From positions 3,131 to 67,130 of the IMG/VR virus record IMGVR_UViG_3300021364_000017: a DNA stretch of 64,000 nucleotides, one strand, 5' to 3'. The notes under the pieces are model-generated. The model worked only from the letters and a program-made list of their open reading frames with translations. It did not search any database and was not told where the DNA came from. This document shows positions 61,463 through 64,000 of the stretch, one piece after another. Each line of letters begins with the position of its first letter. Position 1 is the stretch's first letter. The position numbers were made by a program, and so were the translations under genes. This DNA comes from a virus.

Positions 61463-61599
61463 TTCTGTATCTTACCAAATATTATACACTTCTTACATCC
61501 AGGGCCGAGACATTCCCAACCCCGATGACACTTCTCACATCCTTTACCACCACATTCATTACAAACAGGATGATAATCAGATAACCCTCGTTTTTTCAT
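61453..61599 (-). CDS. Cys-rich zinc-finger-like microprotein (48 aa), not in the ORF track
   Basis: MKKRGLSDYHPVCNECGGKGCEKCHRGWECLGPGCKKCIIFGKIQKRG; three CxxC motifs. Confidence 0.6.
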   Translation of the reverse strand: MKKRGLSDYHPVCNECGGKGCEKCHRGWECLGPGCKKCIIFGKIQKRG

Positions 61600-62362
61600 G
61601 TCCTACTCGAATACGTGGATCACACCAGATATCATATCCAGCTTCAATAGCATCCAAACAGAATGATACATCTTCTCCACACATATCTTGTACTGCACCA
61701 CTTTCAAAAACTTGCATCTTCGGTGCAAACCATGGATACTTCATCTTCTCATTCTCAAAGACTCCATGCTGAATCATTACCCAACCGAATCCTGTATAAT
61801 CAACAGTAAAAGGCTTCTTACGCTTACTAATACCATCAACCATCTCATGATTCATTACACCACCATTATTCCTGAAGTCATCTTCTTCTAACCAATGTGC
61901 AACAGAAGTCGTCCGCCCATCCTCAGTAGAATACCAACCAGCAACAATTTCCTTCTCCTCTCCATCAGAGTTTACGGCCATGTCACAAAGCTGCCAGAAT
62001 TTCTCAGTATTAAAAATAATGTCACTATCAATCCATAACTGATAATCATACTTCAATTTACCATCCCATGGTAACTGGTCAGGCCCTCTCAATACATTTG
62101 CGCCTAAACACTTACAACGTGCGAAATTCACCATGCTTGAGTAATCTTGACTAATCTGAATACTCATCTGATTTTGTACAAGATCAAAACATAATTGTAC
62201 AAAATTTTTCATGAATGCATAACTACACCCACGTCCTGGAAGACAAAATACAATTGCCTTCCCTCTCATTCTTTCCTTAATTGCTTGATAATCCCACTCT
62301 TCCTTTTTCTCTTTCTTAGCAGTCTTCGGTGCAGCTGCCTTCACTGTAAATCCTTTTGCCAT
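61577..62362 (-). CDS. GT-A fold (GT2-like) glycosyltransferase (likely start MAKGF at 62362)
   Basis: DYQLWIDSDIIF (DxD motif), TGFGWVMI, GEDVSFC, VGHEK; perfect sigma70 promoter upstream. Confidence 0.75.
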   Translation of the reverse strand: MAKGFTVKAAAPKTAKKEKKEEWDYQAIKERMRGKAIVFCLPGRGCSYAFMKNFVQLCFDLVQNQMSIQISQDYSSMVNFARCKCLGANVLRGPDQLPWDGKLKYDYQLWIDSDIIFNTEKFWQLCDMAVNSDGEEKEIVAGWYSTEDGRTTSVAHWLEEDDFRNNGGVMNHEMVDGISKRKKPFTVDYTGFGWVMIQHGVFENEKMKYPWFAPKMQVFESGAVQDMCGEDVSFCLDAIEAGYDIWCDPRIRVGHEKTRVI

Positions 62363-62391
62363 GAATTTGAAATCACTCCATTTCAATCTTT

Positions 62392-62420
62392 ATTATACCA
62401 ATTATGTATACTCTTGTCAA
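62392..62420 (-). promoter_or_regulatory. Sigma70 promoter TTGACA-17-TATAAT (extended -10)
   Basis: The - strand reads TTGACAagagtatacataattggTATAAT. Confidence 0.85.
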
Positions 62421-62471
62421 TAGATTTTTTTATCTCTGATTGTTACTGTTATCCTCTCAATTCTGTGAGGT

Positions 62472-62639
62472 TTACCTCACTTCTACTTCGTATGAGAGAT
62501 CCTCAGCAACATAGTCAGTCTTCACTAAACCAACCAGATTATTTAAAATCTTCCAATTCTCATTAAATATAAACTCATTATATTCCTCTGATATACACTC
62601 ACCCTTTAAAAATATTCGGTAGACCTTAGATACACTCAT
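62472..62639 (-). CDS. Small conserved cyanophage protein (55 aa; likely start MSVSK)
   Basis: YRIFLKGECI...W..L..LVGLVKTDY..EDLSYE; hairpin GTGAGG-TAAA-CCTCAC spans the stop. Confidence 0.7.
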   Translation of the reverse strand: MSVSKVYRIFLKGECISEEYNEFIFNENWKILNNLVGLVKTDYVAEDLSYEVEVR

Positions 62640-62880
62640 ATAAACCTCGAAGGGCGCTATACTAAAAAACTTATACGGGATTTTTTTATATATCGAATTT
62701 TTTTTAAGACGCAATAATATAAGGCCGGATTGTCACCTTTGTAGGTTAGGAAAGCCGCAATTTCTTTAAGGGGGGGCCTAATCAAATAACCTTATATTCA
62801 TCAAATACCTTATGGGCGCTTTGCCCGGAACCGCGGTATCACAAAACCCCCGAAATACTGTCGATTTCGATAATACTGTG

Positions 62881-62910
62881 ATTATAACATATAGCCCCAC
62901 TAAGTGTCAA
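62881..62910 (-). promoter_or_regulatory. Sigma70 promoter TTGACA-18-TATAAT with TG extension
   Basis: The - strand reads TTGACActtagtggggctatatgtTATAAT. Confidence 0.75.
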
Positions 62911-62969
62911 GAACTGTGAGGCCACTATGTGTAATTAACTGTGAGGCCACTAAGTATCAAGAACTGTGG
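62897..62969. repeat. Three imperfect 25 bp tandem repeats
   Basis: ccactaagtgtcaagaactgtgagg / ccactatgtgtaattaactgtgagg / ccactaagtatcaagaactgtgg. Confidence 0.85.
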
Positions 62970-62981
62970 CCTCTTATGTTA

Positions 62982-63131
62982 TCAGAACTCCAGCTCATAC
63001 AGTGTTGGCTCAGCTGTGAATGTAGCGGGTTCAGTGTTATCAGTGTCAGCTACAATACTATCAAGAATGTCAAGGATTTGCTCTCCAGTGTTACCCTTAC
63101 GGAGCAGAGAGATCATCAGTTCGCGGGACAT
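62982..63131 (-). CDS. Small early-type protein (49 aa), not in the ORF track
   Basis: MSRELMISLLRKGNTGEQILDILDSIVADTDNTEPATFTAEPTLYELEF; A/C-rich leader. Confidence 0.7.
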   Translation of the reverse strand: MSRELMISLLRKGNTGEQILDILDSIVADTDNTEPATFTAEPTLYELEF

Positions 63132-63200
63132 GTGTTCGTGTAAGTGAGTGTGAATAATGAGCAGTTTAATGACATGTTCAGGTCAAACAGTGAATGTAAC

Positions 63201-63317
63201 TCAGAGCAGCGCTTTGCGTTTGCGGTTTACTTGAGAAGGCAGCACGGTAACTGTTACTTTCTTGCCAGTAGACTTAACCTCTTCAATGGTCTTAAGCAGT
63301 TGTTGGTAGGAATTCAT
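63201..63317 (-). CDS. Small basic early-type protein (38 aa), not in the ORF track
   Basis: MNSYQQLLKTIEEVKSTGKKVTVTVLPSQVNRKRKALL. Confidence 0.6.
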   Translation of the reverse strand: MNSYQQLLKTIEEVKSTGKKVTVTVLPSQVNRKRKALL

Positions 63318-63386
63318 CGTGAATAGTGAAAGAAAGTGTTCTAGAAGGGCTTAAGCCTTGTCTCAGAGTGTTCTAAACTCTAAGTG

Positions 63387-63596
63387 TCAAACGTAATGTT
63401 TTGCGAGTGCAATTACGTCATTATCATTCACCATGCTCTTAGGTGTTGTGTTCCATTGATGAAATGTTTCGCCAATGATGTCCTCATTCATAATGTCCTC
63501 AATGAGACTACCTGAACATGCAGGAACAACATAAGTGCCAAGATACTCGGCGCTGTAGTGTTCGGAGAGAATTGAGAGAGCTTGTGTTTTGTTCAT
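63387..63596 (-). CDS. Small early-type hypothetical protein
   Basis: 69 aa ORF on the same strand as its neighbours. Confidence 0.65.
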   Translation of the reverse strand: MNKTQALSILSEHYSAEYLGTYVVPACSGSLIEDIMNEDIIGETFHQWNTTPKSMVNDNDVIALAKHYV

Positions 63597-63673
63597 ACCA
63601 TAGTGGACATTTCAAGGTGAGTAACTTTGTAGGGGGGAAATTGTCGGGGTTTTCTGATGTTTTCTGTGGGGGG

Positions 63674-63702
63674 TTGACAGTATAAGGAAAGCCTGATAGA
63701 CT
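63674..63702 (+). promoter_or_regulatory. Sigma70-like promoter TTGACA-17-TAGACT pointing into the repeat/DnaA-box region
   Basis: TTGACAgtataaggaaagcctgaTAGACT; no ORF downstream. Confidence 0.6.
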
Positions 63703-63751
63703 ACGGCCTTAGATCACAATAACTCAAAGGCTTTACAAGGGTTTTGTAACT

Positions 63752-63826
63752 ATAAGATCAGGCATTTATAAGGGCTTTGTAAAAATAAGATCAGGCATTT
63801 ATAAGGGCTTTGTAAAAATAAGATCA
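63752..63826. repeat. 33 bp perfect tandem repeat (about 2.3 copies) containing GATC
   Basis: ataagatcaggcatttataagggctttgtaaaa at 63752 and 63785, partial at 63818, plus a degenerate copy at about 63710-63750. Confidence 0.9.
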
Positions 63827-63829
63827 CAC

Positions 63830-63874
63830 TTTTCCACACATTAACTCTACTTTTCCACACCTATTGTGAAAAAC
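63830..63874. promoter_or_regulatory. Cluster of DnaA-box-like 9-mers
   Basis: TTTTCCACA at 63830 and 63851; inverted one-mismatch copy TGTGAAAAA at 63866; AT-rich tract follows. Confidence 0.55.
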
Positions 63875-64000
63875 TATAAAACACTCAAATGCATTTATTA
63901 ATACATTTATAAACGTTTTTTAATGCAAAACATGTTATTTATGGTGTTTTTTGGGGGTTAATTTGAAGAATCAGATGGCATGTAATCGATGAAGTTCAGT

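Noticed and set aside
5265-63203. Genome-wide TGA-to-Trp recoding
   Set aside because: TGA is a genuine stop for several genes (825 aa and 2452 aa fibres, g13, g15, GT), and long ORFs are intact in the standard code.
62904-63326. + strand ORFs of 79, 68 and 60 aa from the track
   Set aside because: Better explained as antisense to the 49 aa and 38 aa - strand genes, which match local orientation and leader style.
62897-63826. CRISPR mini-array from the 25 bp and 33 bp repeats
   Set aside because: The repeats are head-to-tail without unique spacers, and there are no cas genes.
62645-63960. tRNA genes in the GC-richer intergenic DNA
   Set aside because: No cloverleaf or T-loop GTTCRA with an acceptor stem could be built by eye.

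Overview
The window is a structural-gene segment of a T4-like cyanomyovirus (Kyanoviridae-like), with almost every gene on the minus strand. Reading from the right end in transcription direction there are four blocks. (i) The end of an early region, with small ORFs, perfect sigma70 promoters, tandem repeats, cyanobacterial-type DnaA boxes and a GT-A glycosyltransferase. (ii) Baseplate wedge genes g25, g6, g7 and g8 plus a VrlC-like giant protein. (iii) Neck, tail terminator and small terminase genes g13, g14, g15 and g16. (iv) A >32 kb hypervariable island after g16, with five large fibre genes, three LamG lectins, a gp38-like propeller adhesin and two 2OG-Fe(II) oxygenases, mostly under T4-type late promoters (NATAAATA/CTAAATA). 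The most interesting observations are an apparent plug-and-socket code for a branched fibre network, a late-expressed prolyl-hydroxylase cassette beside a Pro-rich adhesin, an opal-interrupted micro-adhesin hidden in an 'intergenic' gap, near-identical DNA blocks shared between fibre genes, a Cys-rich micro-ORF and an origin-like DnaA-box locus. All family assignments come from motif recognition and gene order; no database search was run.
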